Shown here piece by piece: positions 1 to 12,480 of a DNA stretch of 64,000 nt. Source of the stretch: Sphaerodactylus townsendi. Its lineage: Eukaryota. The stretch is taken from NCBI RefSeq assembly GCF_021028975.2, contig NC_059426.1, forward strand, positions 70,370,001-70,434,000, given 5' to 3'. Within the stretch, counting starts at the first letter, position 1; each line of letters begins with the position of its first letter. A model generated the notes under the pieces. It saw nothing but the letters and a program-made list of their open reading frames with translations. It had not been told where the DNA came from and did no database searches. The position numbers were made by a program, and so were the translations under genes.

Positions 1-2
1 AC

Positions 3-161
3 TCACGCCCTAGCTCCAGTTATGCCTTGGAGAGGGATAAAGTAGTATCTGTTTTCTACACAGTAGTGATCCCTATGCTGAATCCCTTAATCTACAGCTT
101 GAGGAACAAAGAAGTGAAGAATGCTCTGAAGAAACTAATAATGAAATGGATGGCAATCTAA
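3..161 (+). CDS. Olfactory receptor, 3' part only (gene starts before the window)
   Basis: Frame from base 3 reads [52 protein letters not shown], with the OR TM7 motif [12 protein letters not shown]; TAA at 159-161. Confidence 0.93.
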   Translation, partial: SRPSSSYALERDKVVSVFYTVVIPMLNPLIYSLRNKEVKNALKKLIMKWMAI

Positions 162-494
162 ATGAATATTTCAGGGAAGATTTATTCTAGATTTTTTTAA
201 TTGTTTAAAATTATTAGAAGGATTTTTTCGCAACATTTCTGTATAGATTCCTTACAGTGTTAGCCTAAGCATTTCCATTGTATGTTGTTGTACTATTTGT
301 GTCATTGTGTTAATATCTGGAATTTTCATTTCAATTATGAATTGGAGGTATTAATTCCAGATTATTTTATTTAATCTTTCTGTCTATGTCACACATTATG
401 TATGCCAGTAGTAAAAAAACAGTATACAAATTTGAGCAGCAGCTGCATTTTTGGAACCTCATTGACCTTCAGATATACAAATAAACTTATCAAT

Positions 495-1803
495 GGTCGA
501 TTCCCCACTCACAATTAGATGAGTGCTCATCACTCCAAATATCCAGGTTTCCAGCAGAACTCCCCACTGCACCAGCGCCAAACACNNNNNNNNNNNNNNN
601 NNNNNNNNNNNNNNNNNNNNNNNNNNNNNNNNNNNNNNNNNNNNNNNNNNNNNNNNNNNNNNNNNNNNNNNNNNNNNNNNNNNNNNNNNNNNNNNNNNNN
701 NNNNNNNNNNNNNNNNNNNACCTGGAAGAAAGTAGACCTTTTCAAAAAACGTGCGGGCAATCTGGAGCGGTGAGGAAGTGGGGGGGGGGGTGAAATCAGA
801 TTCGAACTACCCGCCCTTGTGAGTGACGTGGAGCCTCCCATCCAATCAGGATGCAATGGGCTGTGTGCGTTGCGCGCGTGGCCCCTTTTTTTAAAAAATT
901 GCGGACCAGAGATCCACGTGGATCTGAGGCTATGTGGGGCTGGTTTTCTGACTAAAGAAATACTCCAAATATCCCATCCAATCAGGATGCAATGGGCTGT
1001 GTGCGTTGCGCGCGTGGCCCCTTTTTTAAAAAAATTGCGGATCAGAGATCCACGTGGATCTGAGGCTATGTGGGGCTGGTTTTCTGACTAAAGAAATACG
1101 TAGCAGCACAAGGCAGCAGTAAACCTTGCATTCACTTAAAGACGAATACATGAGGGCACATTTCCCTGTTTCTACTTGTGCAGGGAGACTTAAGTTGCAT
1201 TTCCCCCAACATTAAGCCAGCAGTGTCTCTATGGTACAGTTGATTAAGTGTTGGGCTGCTGGACAAGAGGTTGCTAGTTTGAGCCCACCCAGGGACAAGT
1301 TGTTTTCATTTTATTTTAGCCCCTTAAAATGCTGGAGCAAGTCCAGTCCCTACTGTGCCACATTCATGATTTCAGGCATAAATCCCCACCTCTGGACACT
1401 TTAACCTTTTTGTAGTTGTGGAGAGGGGGGTGAGAGAGTGTATTTGTGTCTACCTTGCATTCGCTTGAAAACTACTACACGAAGATATGTGGAAACGGGG
1501 CTTTGTTTTAATCGCCCGTTTCCCCGTTCCCACATAGGGTCATTCTGCGCATGCTCGCAGACATGTGGATCTGTCAGTTTCAAAAAAAATTCCCACCCCA
1601 GCACAACGCAGCAGCCAATCAGGATAGCCCCTGAGCGGATCATGTGTTTGATCCGCCAACAGTGGGGACTCCTGCGTGGCTGCTGCATTTTCGGGAACAA
1701 GAGGGCAGAAGCTGCAATGGGGACCATAAAACAGTGCTCAAAAGGTCTCGAATTTTACCAAACCGGTTTGTATTACTTTCATTTTTGCAGTGGGGAATCG
1801 ACC
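495..1803. mobile_element. Non-autonomous TIR DNA element (Harbinger/PIF-like termini), spans an assembly gap
   Basis: Perfect 15-bp inverted termini GGTCGATTCCCCACT (495-509) and AGTGGGGAATCGACC (1789-1803); CpG-rich interior; no clear TSD. Confidence 0.6.
836..1099. repeat. Tandem duplication, 136-bp period, 2 near-identical copies
   Basis: 836-963 matches 972-1099 (tcccatccaatcaggatgc...ctaaagaaatac). Confidence 0.9.
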
Positions 1804-2338
1804 TGCAACAAGCTGTTATCCATTTTTAGTTTCAGGGGGAAGGAATAGGCAAGATTTTGACTACAGGCCGACAAGCCTCATTCTAAAGCAGACATATAGT
1901 CTTCAATATTGATTCTTCAAGTTGAATATTTTGAAGACTGGCAACTTTCAATAAAATTTGAATACATTTAATTCTGCCCCCCTTAGATTAGCTGTCATAG
2001 TAATACCATTGAGGTGGGGTTTTTTTGTGTTATCAGTTTATTGCACACAGTATTCTGCTTTCACTTAATTGTTTTTACTGATATAACACCTTTTTTTCAT
2101 ATCCACACTCTGACCCGTTCTGCATGGGCCTTGCAAGTGGGGTTGTATCAGCATACTTGCTGCAGGGCTGCATTAGCTCAGGCATGCCAGCACAGATCCC
2201 TCTTACCTTGTCTCTAGGCTGCCGTCACACTGGAGAGGCCAGAGGACATGCCCCCATGGCCATGGCAGTGCCTCCAGGGCCGGAGGTCAGGAGATGTGTC
2301 TCCTGGCCTCTCCAGAGTGACAGTGGTTGGGAGACAAG

Positions 2339-3789
2339 CATGCATGTAGGTAAGGGGGGTTCTCGGGTTTGAACCCCCCCATTCATGTCCGAAGCTCCGC
2401 CCACCCGTTTGTGGGTTTTAAAAACATTTTAGTGGTTTTTAGGTTTTTGGCCTGCAGGGGGCGCATTGTTTGGGCTAGCAGCACCAAACTTTCAGGGATT
2501 GTTTGGGGGACTCTCCTGATGATACTGTCTGGGTTTGGTGAGGTTTGGTTCAGGGGGTCCAAAGTTATGGACTCCCAAAGGGGGTGCCCCATCCTCCATT
2601 GTTTCCAATGGGAGCTAATAGAAGATGGGGGCTACACCTTTGATGGTCCATAACTTTGGACCCCCTCAACCAAACTTTACCAAACCTGGGATGTATTATC
2701 AGGAGAGTCTCTTATTGATACCACCCAGGGTTTGTGAAGTTTGGTCCAGGGGGTCCAAAGCTATGGACTCCCAAAGGGAGTGCCCCATCCTCCATTGTTT
2801 TCAATGGGAGCTAATAGAAGATGGGGGCTACACCTTTGAGGGTCCATAACTTTGGACCCCCTGAACCAAACTTCACCAAACCTGGGTGGTATCATTAGGA
2901 GAGACTCCTAAAGATACCCTGAAAGTTTGGTGCTTCTAGCTTAACAATTGCACCCCTGACAGCAGGCACCCCCCAAATTTTTCCAGATTCTCGTTTTAAA
3001 TCCACCCTCTTCGGCATGGATTTAAAGGGAGAATCTGAGGTCCTCAGTTTAGAAGAAGAAGAAGAAGAGTTTGGATTTATATCCTCCCTTTCTCTCCTGT
3101 AGGAGACTCAAAGGGGCTTACAATCTCCTTGCCCTTGCTCCCTCACAACAAACACCCTGTGAGGTGGGTGGGGCTGAGAGAGCTCCAAAAAGCTGTGACT
3201 AGCCCAAGGTCACCCAGCTGGCATGTGTGGGAGTGCACAGGCTAATCTGAATTCCCCAGATAAGCCTCCACAGCTCAAGTGACAGAGCAGGGAAACCCGG
3301 TTCCTCCAGATTAGAATGCACCTGCTCTTAACCACTATGCCACATTGAAAGTGATGCTGTTTCAGGGTGGGGGATAATCCACCCCAAAACAGCATCACTT
3401 TCAATGTTGTTTAACTAGGGGCCCCAGATTCTCCCTTTAAGGTGGATTTAAAAGGAGAATTTGGGCTCTCTAGTTTAAATGCCATTGAAAGTGATGCTGT
3501 TTGGGGGTGGATTCCAGCATCACAGTGGCTGCCCGGCGGGGGGGGGGGGGCGCAAAACTCAGATTTTGCACCAGGTTCCATCTTCCCTCTATGCCTCTGC
3601 CCAGAGGGAAGGGGCAGGGGAGGGCAGGGCAGGGCAGGGGAGTCTGCCATCCCCGACCTCGGAGAGCTGCTTTTATAAGCGCTAGGTCAGGGGCAGGGCA
3701 TGGGAAGGCATGGCCATGCGCTAGGGGCGGGTGGGGGTGTGGCCCCACCCCCGACCCCCCCCCCTAAAAAATCTATACCTACGTCCCTG
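2339..3789. mobile_element. hAT-type non-autonomous element (MITE) with a nested SINE
   Basis: Perfect 8-bp TSD GAGACAAG (2331-2338 and 3790-3797); degenerate TIRs CATGCATGTAGG / CCTACGTCCCTG; internal modules shared with 22994-24090 and 55416-56385. Confidence 0.85.
3051..3343 (-). mobile_element. tRNA-derived SINE (MIR/Ther1-related, Squam3-like)
   Basis: Minus strand has a tRNA-like head GTGGCATAGTGGTTAAGAGC, a CORE-like body and a (CTT)n tail; four other copies in the window. Confidence 0.85.
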
Positions 3790-4268
3790 GAGACAAGGTA
3801 AGAGGAACCTGTGCCGGAGCGGGAAAAATGCGAGCATCCACCTGGTGCCATTTGCTCAGCACCAGGTGGATGCCGGCGTTTTCCAAAAGATTCACTCATT
3901 GAGTGAGTCCGAAAAACACCGTTATGGGGGAATGCACCCCCAATCAATCAATGCCTGTTAGTCATGATGGATACTCCCTGCAGTACCAGAGGCAGTATAC
4001 CTCTTTATATCACTGTCCCACCTGGAGCATTAGTATACACATCTAAATATTTTCCAAAATCAGACTTTTTCATTTATAACATTATTGTATGCATTTATAG
4101 AATGTGTTCAGTACCAACAAAAGAAATGGAAAGGGGTGGGATTTCTTTCTGGGCATGATAGGGCATAATCAAGTCTGCAGATTGTAGATCTACTTTGTAT
4201 TGTTTACTTTCTTGCACATAATAAGAACTGCCAAAGTGTAAAATAAAACATAAAGAATAATATTACAG

Positions 4269-4388
4269 GGGGGTTGTGTGGTTTCCGGGCTGTATGGCCA
4301 TGTTCTAGTAGCATTTTCTCCTGACGTTTTGCCTGCATCTGTGGCTGGCACAACACCCCAGTGATTCCCGCCGTGAAAGCCTTCAATA
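4269..4388. mobile_element. Short Penelope-like insertion (inverted arm plus 3' terminus)
   Basis: Matches 62650-62832; flanked by the direct repeat AATAATATTACAG (4256-4268 and 4385-4397). Confidence 0.75.
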
Positions 4389-5639
4389 ATATTACAGAAA
4401 ATACTTCCTTACGTATATTTTTGGTAATTCTGTTTGGTAATTCTATTATAACTCAAAACTGGGCAAATAACATTTCTGCTTGAAAAGAAAATGATACAAT
4501 TCATTCCTCAAACTTGGAAAAATGTTAACCACATGGCCCCATCCAAAGGGTGGGGCGATTCTGCCACTGAGAGCGGTGTGGGCAAATTTGCCAGCAAATT
4601 TGCCATCCCTGGGACATTTGCCCCAGCAGAGAGGCGAAAAGTCACCAGTTTCTTCAGTAAAGACTGTTCTCTTTTTTTCCTTTAATCAGAAAAGCCAACA
4701 TAACATATACAGGAACCATTGACCCCCAGCAAATTCTCTCAATCACTGTGCTATTTCCCAGAGAAGAATGCAAGCAGGGCCCAAGCACAGAGGGGAAGGA
4801 TATGCTTTACCAGGATCCTGAGCTTGTAAACCATTGCCATCATGTGGCTATTAATGTCACTTCAAGAAATAAAATCTAGATTTCATAAGCGTGAATGTTT
4901 CTGTTGATGTGTTGAGATCCTGTAAGGAGGTCCAAGTTTCAACTTTAATGGTTGTCTGAAAGAGATGGAGCTATTTCTTTTATGAGGATTAATGAGGGAA
5001 ATCTCACTCCCTACATATGTATCTATTTGTCTGATCTTAAAGGTCCAGAAGACTTACAAAGAAGAGTTGGTATCAATCAAATAAACAGATGTCATTTTTG
5101 TGGGTATGTGTGTGTGCCCAATAATGATTGTCAAAATTTGACATTCCAGTAAGGGGGGAAAACTCCATCCAGCAGAACTGGAGGGCAAATTATGTAAGAT
5201 AAATGTACATTTGAAAGCTTTGTATGCAGGAATATGAGTCCCCTGATAAGGGACTTGGAGATCACAAATCTTTTGAGAATAAGCTTCTAATCTTGGCATT
5301 CCTAATTCAGAAATCATTACTTCACTTCCTGAGGTAGGAAATCCAGCACAATAAATAATGCCTGGACAGCTAGGGAAATGGGACTTCTTTGGAATAAGCA
5401 GAAGAATACTTATTGGTCAAATATTGGAGTGGAAGGAAGCTTGAAAGAGAAAAGGCGCTCAGAAATTTTGAAACTTCTAAAACATCTTGGCCAGGTAACT
5501 GGGTAAAACCAATCACATCACAAGCTGTCAAAACAATTGTAGATCAAGTTAGACTCTTGACTGATTAAACCATGTAGTTGTCTCATATTATATAGATATA
5601 TGGCACTGTAATGACATTAACACAGTACTATATGAGGCT

Positions 5640-5795
5640 GATTAGTACAAGGTCAGAAACTTGGTCTATCAAGATCAGTATTGTCTAGTCTGACAGGTGG
5701 GTAGGGATTCTTCTCATCAACAAGACTTTAACCTGGGGACTGAATCTGGAACCTTTTTCATGCAAATCAGATGTCCTACCATTAAGCCACAGCCC
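5640..5795 (-). mobile_element. Old tRNA-headed SINE remnant
   Basis: Minus strand reads GGGGCTGTGGCTTAATGGTAGGACATCTG...GGTTCCAGATTCAGTCCCCAGG (A/B-box-like head). Confidence 0.5.
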
Positions 5796-6954
5796 CATCC
5801 CATTTACTTAGAGACATAGCTATTTTACCCCTAGTCAACGTATACTATCTAATATTGATGTTGCAGCAATCCCATGGCTTTTTTGCTACTAAAATTGCTA
5901 ATCACAGTATCTAAGCAACATCATCATGCTGTGACTGATATAGTTCATTTGCCAGTTATTTTTATAATTTGGAAATGCCTTGATTATGCTTCTGGAATGA
6001 TCAGGATCAGGAAATACTAAATTGGACTACATGGGAAGGAAACTACAATTCTAGCTGAACAGAGTGATTTCCCAGACCTTCAGAGCTGACTGTTGTTGGA
6101 GATGAAGACTTCTACTGCAAAGAGGAAGGCTCTACTTAGTTCCTGTTCATGGTGCTGTTGTGCTGTTGCTAGTGTTCCTGCCTTTATTCTTCCTGACACA
6201 CAGCAGTCAGCACTAAGAGATCAGGTAGAAAGAAAAATAGAGCACCTATACTTTTCCTAGCTTTGGAGAAACAATAACTGGCAGGTGCATTTTGTCTTGC
6301 AGGAGGGAGAAAACAGTACCAGGCAAACAAATCCACTGTCAGAATATTAAAGGTAAATGAGCCCTGCTTCTCCTGGTCACCTCAGCCAAGATTCAATGAG
6401 ATTTTATACAGCAGATTTCCTTAAAAATTTGAGGTCTATAAAATCTGAATCCCAAAAATACAAAAAAAAATGATGCACACTCCTAAAGGGGATAGCCAAA
6501 AGAAGCCCTCCCCCACCTTTGCCTAAAAATGTTAGATACCTACAAAATGAAAACAGACTGTCAGATGGGGTTTTTTAGCTAACTCATTTTACAATAAAAT
6601 ATTTTAAACAAATATGCTAATTTGAAAAGGCATCCCATTGAACAGAGTTTCTGCTTGAAATAGTTAAGCACTCCCGTCTGTACCTCATGTGGCATCCCTT
6701 TTGTGGTTGTGGACACCATCCTGTGAGAAAATTCCAAAGGTTCCCACAGGCTCAAAAATTTGGGGACCCCTTTACTACATTTTTCAGCCAAATATATTAA
6801 ACATCATCTCCTTAAAGCCAGTTAACTTAGGGAATTCCCTTCCCAGTGATATTTGTTTCATACCAGCAGGTGAAGATGTTTCTGTTTTGTTTGGCAATCC
6901 CGCACTGACCCTAACTAACACTCCTTTAACTGCCCTATGAGGATCAATTGAAAA

Positions 6955-7615
6955 GCTTAGAGCTGTTCAGCTTAGAAAAAAATGCAAGTCAGGGAATATA
7001 TAGTAGAACTCTATAAAATTATGCATGGGGTGAACAGAGTGGGCAGGGGGGAGGGGTAACTGTGTGAGTTGGCTGAGATTACGTTTGCCTTCTGCTTTTG
7101 TATAATTTTGCAGTGTATGGTATTATCAGAGTTTATTGTACTATTGTTTTAATTTTTGTTTGGTTTTATTTTAACATGTTTTTATGGATTGTATTTATTG
7201 AAACTTGTGACCCACCCTGAGCCCTGTGGGGATAGGGCAGGATATAAATTCTAAATAAATAAATAATACTAGAACTCAGGGTCAACCACTGGGTTTCAGG
7301 ATAGCCACAAGGACATACTTCTTCACATAGTTAAATTGTTAGACTTGCTGTGACAGAATGTGGTGTTGATTGCCAGCCTGGAAGGCTTTAAAATGGGAAT
7401 GGATAAATTCATGAAGATGGGATAATCAGTGGCTGTTAGTCATGATGGGTATCTACTCCCTGCAGTACCAGAGGCAGTATACCTCTTTATATCAGTTGCT
7501 GGGAACCACAGGCAGGAGGATCCTGTCATAGTATTCCTAACTGGTCAGTCCAATGCAGCTGGTCAGTCCGTTCAAACACTGAACAGAATGTTGGACCTGA
7601 TAAACCTTTGGTTAG
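6955..7615 (+). mobile_element. Decayed CR1 LINE 3' fragment interrupted by an L2-type 3' tail (about 7060-7265)
   Basis: CR1-like ctgttcagcttagaaaa...tataaaattatgcatggggtg and aatactagaactcagggtca; the insert ends ccaccctgagccc...(taaa)n. Confidence 0.6.
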
Positions 7616-8094
7616 ATCAAGCATGTTTTTGTGTTTATATTTATGTGGTTCTGTATATAATTGTGTTTCATTGATTTTTTTCTAACTGATATGTGTGTGT
7701 GTTCTATTGTTTTTGATTGTACACTGCCTTGGGGACCAATACATTGAGTGTTAATGCAGCATGGAAATGTTTTCAATAAATAATAATGATAACATGAATA
7801 ATAACTTAATATTTGTATACTCAACTATTTTTTTCCTGTCTTGCATAACAGGTTGGGACTGGGAGAAGGCAGATGGAACTCCAGAGTCAGGAATAGTTCG
7901 TCAGAATCTGGATGGCAAGTAGGAACAAATTCCTGTGCTTTCCCTTGCCAGTTTTTCCAAATATAATACCATTATCCAGCAATATACAAACTGAGTTGAC
8001 ATTGCACAAAGCAAGGATTCCTGAAGGTATGTATGGACCTAATCATGTATTGCTGGACAGTAAATAACAGTTAACTGCTCTGTGACAGAATGTA

Positions 8095-8440
8095 GAGCAG
8101 CAGTGGCGTAGTGGTTAAGAGCAGGTGCACTCTAATCTGGAGAAGCAGGTTTGATTCCCTGCTCTGCCACTTGAGCTGTGGAGGCTTATTTGGGGAACTA
8201 AGATTAGCCTGTGCACTCCAACACATGCCAGCTGGGTGACCTCAGGCTAGTCATAGCTCTATGAAGCTCTCTCAGCCCCACCCACTTCACAGGGTGTTTG
8301 TTGTGGGGGGGGGGAAGGGAAAGGAGATTGTAAGCCACTTTGTGTCTCCTATGGAAGAGAAAAGGGGGGGGTATAAATCCAAACTTCTCCTCCTTCTCCT
8401 CCTCTCTTCCTCTTCTTCTTCTTCTTCTTCTGCTGCTGCT
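8095..8440 (+). mobile_element. tRNA-derived SINE (Squam3-like), full length
   Basis: Head GAGCAGCAGTGGCGTAGTGGTTAAGAGC, B-box-like GGTTTGATTCCC, (CTT)n tail. Confidence 0.87.
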
Positions 8441-8704
8441 GTGTGGACAATAAAAACTGTACCGCAAAACCAGATGTAAACAAGGTGTGGGTTGTGGTGA
8501 AATAACCTTTCCCTTGCAGGTATTTGCAAAAAAGTGTAACTTAGCAAAGTTAATGTTGAATTTGCAGTTTGATAGTTCAGGTAATTTTAGAATTATCCCA
8601 CCTGCCTCTTAATTCACCATCATGGGGAGTAATTCTCAATAAAAGAACCGAGGGTGCAGTCATTGTTCATTTTATTTTCCTTCTGTTCATCAATTAGAAA
8701 TACT

Positions 8705-8708
<4 letters not shown>

Positions 8709-8779
<71 letters not shown>
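8709..8779. repeat. (TG)n microsatellite
   Basis: About 35 uninterrupted TG units. Confidence 0.97.
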
Positions 8780-8782
<3 letters not shown>

Positions 8783-9455
8783 CAATGATTGCATGCATTC
8801 TCAAGTAAGTCTTTAATCAATTCTATAGTACCAGGGATTAAAGAAAAAATAATAGCTACTGGAGAAGAACATTTGAGCAAGACCTGAAGGCATTGAATAT
8901 TGCATGGAAAAAGACTGAAACACTTGCCCAAGCCTGGAAATGCTGGAGTGTACTTCTTGCCCAATATGCTACTTAGCATGGGAGGATCTAACTAAGAGAC
9001 TATATGCAAAGGGACATCACTAATTTTAAGGACACTTTACTAACTCATACTTTTCCATTCTTTGTAGGAAGCCACTAAGGACATCATAGATTGTGTAGAT
9101 CCTTTCTTTTTCTTTTTGGTATATCCTCTCCACTAGCACCACTGGTTTATTTTTTCATTTGCGTAACAATGAACTCTCAGTTATAACAAAAGCAGATGAC
9201 ACTTTAAAAATACTTCTACTTGAGTCCTGTCATAATTTCCTAATGTGATAGTTGGAAGCAGCTTCAAGTAGAAACAATAATGTATCAAAAATAATTTTGC
9301 ACTATTTTCCAGTGCTGAGAAGGAAACACCAGAGTTTGTGTCTGACACTAAGGTCTTGAAAGACACAAATGCAAGCTCCTTGAAAAAGACCCTGCCATCA
9401 AGCTCTACCAAGGACTATATACATTTTAACAGAACATCTCATCCTTCCATGAAAA

Positions 9456-10400
9456 ATGGCTGTAGGAAATAGTACTACTGTCACTGAATTCATCCTCCTG
9501 GGCCTCTCAGATGATCCACAGATGCAACCAATATTCTTTGTGGTATTTCTGATCATCTATCTGGTCAATGTTGTGGGTAATGTAGGCATGATCATTCTGA
9601 TCTCGTTTGATTCCCAACTTCACAACCCTATGTACTTCTTCCTGTGGCACCTCTCCTTCTGTGACATTTGCTACTCAACTGCTATTGCCCCCAGAATGCT
9701 GTCTGATTTATTATCTGAAAGCAGAATAATCTCCTTCACTAGCTGCACAGCTCAGTTCTATTTCTTTGCAGTCTTTGTAGATGCTGAATGCTACATTTTA
9801 GCAGCGATGGCCTATGACCGCTATGTGGCTATCTGTAACCCATTGCTCTACTCTTCTGCCATGTCCAAAGGTCTCTGCGTCCAGCTCTTAATAGGATCGT
9901 ATATTGCTGGTACGACTAATGCCATAATACATACAACAGCCACTTTCAGTCTTAGCTTCTGCAGCTCCAACCTTATTAACCATTTTCTCTGTGATGTTCC
10001 TCCACTTCTGGAAATCTCCTGCTCTGACACCCACATCAATGAGATTCTGCTCTTCACTTTTGCTGGTTTTGTTGAGATGAGTTCTCTCTCTGTCATCCTT
10101 GTCTCTTATCTCCTCATCTTGGCTGCCATCCTGAGAATGCACTCGGCTGCAGGGAGGTTCAAAGCCTTTTCTACCTGTGGATCTCACTTCACTGGAGTAA
10201 CTTTGTTTTATGGGACTGTGATTTTTATGTATCTACGTCCAACTTCTGTCTATGCCATGGACCAAGACAAATGGGCATCTGTGTTCTACACTGTGGTGAT
10301 TCCCATGCTCAACCCTCTGATCTACAGCCTGAGGAACAAAGATGTTAAAGAAGCATTTAAAAAACTCATCAACAAGAAGTTAAATTCTGCCTTAATCTGA
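9456..10400 (+). CDS. Olfactory receptor, class II OR5/8/9-like, intact, 314 aa
   Basis: N-glycosylation site [48 protein letters not shown]. Confidence 0.97.
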   Translation: MAVGNSTTVTEFILLGLSDDPQMQPIFFVVFLIIYLVNVVGNVGMIILISFDSQLHNPMYFFLWHLSFCDICYSTAIAPRMLSDLLSESRIISFTSCTAQFYFFAVFVDAECYILAAMAYDRYVAICNPLLYSSAMSKGLCVQLLIGSYIAGTTNAIIHTTATFSLSFCSSNLINHFLCDVPPLLEISCSDTHINEILLFTFAGFVEMSSLSVILVSYLLILAAILRMHSAAGRFKAFSTCGSHFTGVTLFYGTVIFMYLRPTSVYAMDQDKWASVFYTVVIPMLNPLIYSLRNKDVKEAFKKLINKKLNSALI

Positions 10401-11002
10401 GGCGCGATATTAATGCTGAGCAGCTTTCTGAATATAATATTTAAGTGAAATTACTGGTTTAGTTTTCAGGACTGTTTATTTTTCATGTATAACATGTATA
10501 AATTGTTTGTTGGAAAATGAGTAAACTAAAGCATTTATTCAGCCTGTGAAGATAAATGAGAGAACCATGTAAGCCACCATGAGCTTCTCCAAGACAGGTA
10601 GAATAAAAAACGAGACAGAAATTGGGACAGGCTGAAAAGCTAAAATGGGCCTGGGAAAAAAGCACCTAAATGTCCTCTCCCTGCATGCTATCTAATACTA
10701 GATTCAGGAAGCTCCACTTACTTGGAAGAAAGCTTCTTTGGGATAGATCTTACTCCTATCCTACCACTCCACTGAACAAAGTTTTATATCATCCTCCAGC
10801 TTAAGGAATCTTCTGTGTACTTAAGAAGAAGAAAAATATCCTTGGAAGATGCTTGGATCCACAGTGAAGTTACTTCTAAGCCTATATAAAATTATGGTAT
10901 TATACAGTTACTTCTCCAGAACTGCTCCCTCTGCGTCCAATCTTATGCATTATTACACAGAAGTAAATCCTACTGAATGCAATAGATTCAGAGTTAGGAA
11001 TG

Positions 11003-11095
11003 TGTACCATGTTTCCCTGAAAATAAGACAGGGATTTCTATTAATTTTTGCTCTAAAAGATGCAGTAGGGCTTATTTTCAGGGAATGTCTTATTC
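11003..11095. mobile_element. Tc1/mariner (Tigger-like) MITE end fragment
   Basis: TACCATGTTTCCCTGAAAATAAGACAGGG matches the left end of the 62312-62574 element. Confidence 0.6.
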
Positions 11096-11499
11096 TTTGC
11101 ACTCCAGGGATGGGGACAGTCCATAGCATGGCATGTACAAGTGCCTCAAATACCCAGGCCAGCTGGTTCTATAGGTTGCATGGGGGAGGTGCAATATGGC
11201 CTTACTACAAGGCCACACCCCCCTTGCTAAGCCAGGTATAAGTGCCTCAGATGCCAAGGCTACATGCAGGGCTGCTGGCTCTGTGCATTTAAAAAGGCTG
11301 TCTTTTAGCAGGCTTGGTCCTGCCTTTGGGCTATCTTTCAAGTTATGGCAAGCATTTTAAAAATTATTATTTCTAATTGTAACGTAGGTTTAACATGTTG
11401 TTGCCACCCTGAGCCTTTCTGGGATGGGCAGGATATGAAACTAAAAGTAAAAATGAATTTTAAATTTTTAACAGCATACCCATGAGCCTTTGCTAAACA

Positions 11500-11657
11500 T
11501 AGTGTGTAACAGACTTCCCTCTGTGATACACCTCTGAAGATGCCATCCACAGATGCAGGTGAAATGTTAGGAACAAGATCGACCAGACCACAGCCACACA
11601 GCCCGGAAAGCCCACACAACAACCAGTTGAATCCGGCCGTGAAAGCCTTCGACAATA
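11500..11657 (+). mobile_element. Penelope-like terminal fragment with a degenerate hammerhead motif
   Basis: CCT-CTGAAGA-TGCCATCCACAGATGCAGGT-GAAATGTT-AGG, then the terminus CCGTGAAAGCCTTCGACAATA. Confidence 0.75.
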
Positions 11658-12201
11658 GAAGGAATAGAGCAATTTGATAAAATATAGATTTAAAAAGCAT
11701 GACTACTAGAGCCCATAGAGTGTGTTCTGCATTTACTATTGGCATTCCCCCTGTCTGATAACAATGCCAAGGGTTTTTTTCTGCAGACTTCCGGTATAGA
11801 AATAGCTTTGGGTCATCTTGTCTGAACTCACTCCAGATAACAAAGCTCGAGTGTGCAGTCCTGAGGGCTGCATAAGCCTCTCCAGATAACAGAAAGAGAG
11901 CAAAATGCTCTGGAGGTGAGCTCCTCTGGGTGAGATCACACAGAAAATACTCATGGAAGTGATCCTCTAGACTCGAGAAGCCAGAGATTAGTAGCATTGC
12001 CGTCTGGTCCAGCTTGAGCCACCAGTCTTCCTATGGAGGAAACACCCAAGTTGTGTGCCTCTGAGGAATGGAATGATGATATAAAAAATCAACGAGAGAA
12101 GTCCAAGCTTGATCCAAAAATCAGATCTTATTAAAAGGTATGCAATGATGAAAACATGAAGAATATAAGACAGAATTAAAATAAAGTAAAACTAAAAGGA
12201 A

Positions 12202-12480
12202 GGCAGTTTCCTCACGGCCAAACAACAGTGTCCTAGGGACGAAAAAACGCCATCGCTAGAGTGCTGTTCGCATAGGAGGCGCTGCTGCTATGCTGGCTGC
12301 CCCTGAGTGGCACAAAGACGCTGTTTTCAAGGCGCTTTTTTGAAAAGCGGCGTCTTCCCACCAGCACAGTGTGAACAACAACACCAGGAAGACATCGCTT
12401 TTCCTGTCCCCTCCACTGACCTTCTTGTCCAGTGCTGCTCTGGAGGGCTGGAGGGACACGCCCATGCCCTGGAGGTCGGA
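12202..12480. mobile_element. Harbinger-like MITE fragment
   Basis: Begins GGCAGTTTCCTCACGGCCAAACAACAGTGTCCTAGGGACG, related to the ends of the 55347-57045 and 58176-58641 elements. Confidence 0.55.

Noticed and set aside
519-856. ORFs spanning N runs (also 18352-19017 and 51642-52063)
   Set aside because: Open only because assembly gaps contain no stop codons.
2540-2900. Regularly spaced repeats resembling a CRISPR array
   Set aside because: Internal direct and inverted modules of a hAT MITE in vertebrate DNA; no unique spacers or cas genes.
8095-8170. Possible tRNA gene (also 1229-1295 and 5730-5795)
   Set aside because: SINE heads or tRNA-like remnants; no complete cloverleaf.
11338-11997. 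219-aa minus-strand ORF
   Set aside because: Crosses unrelated repeat fragments (L2 tail, Penelope-like, LINE 3' piece); no recognisable domain.
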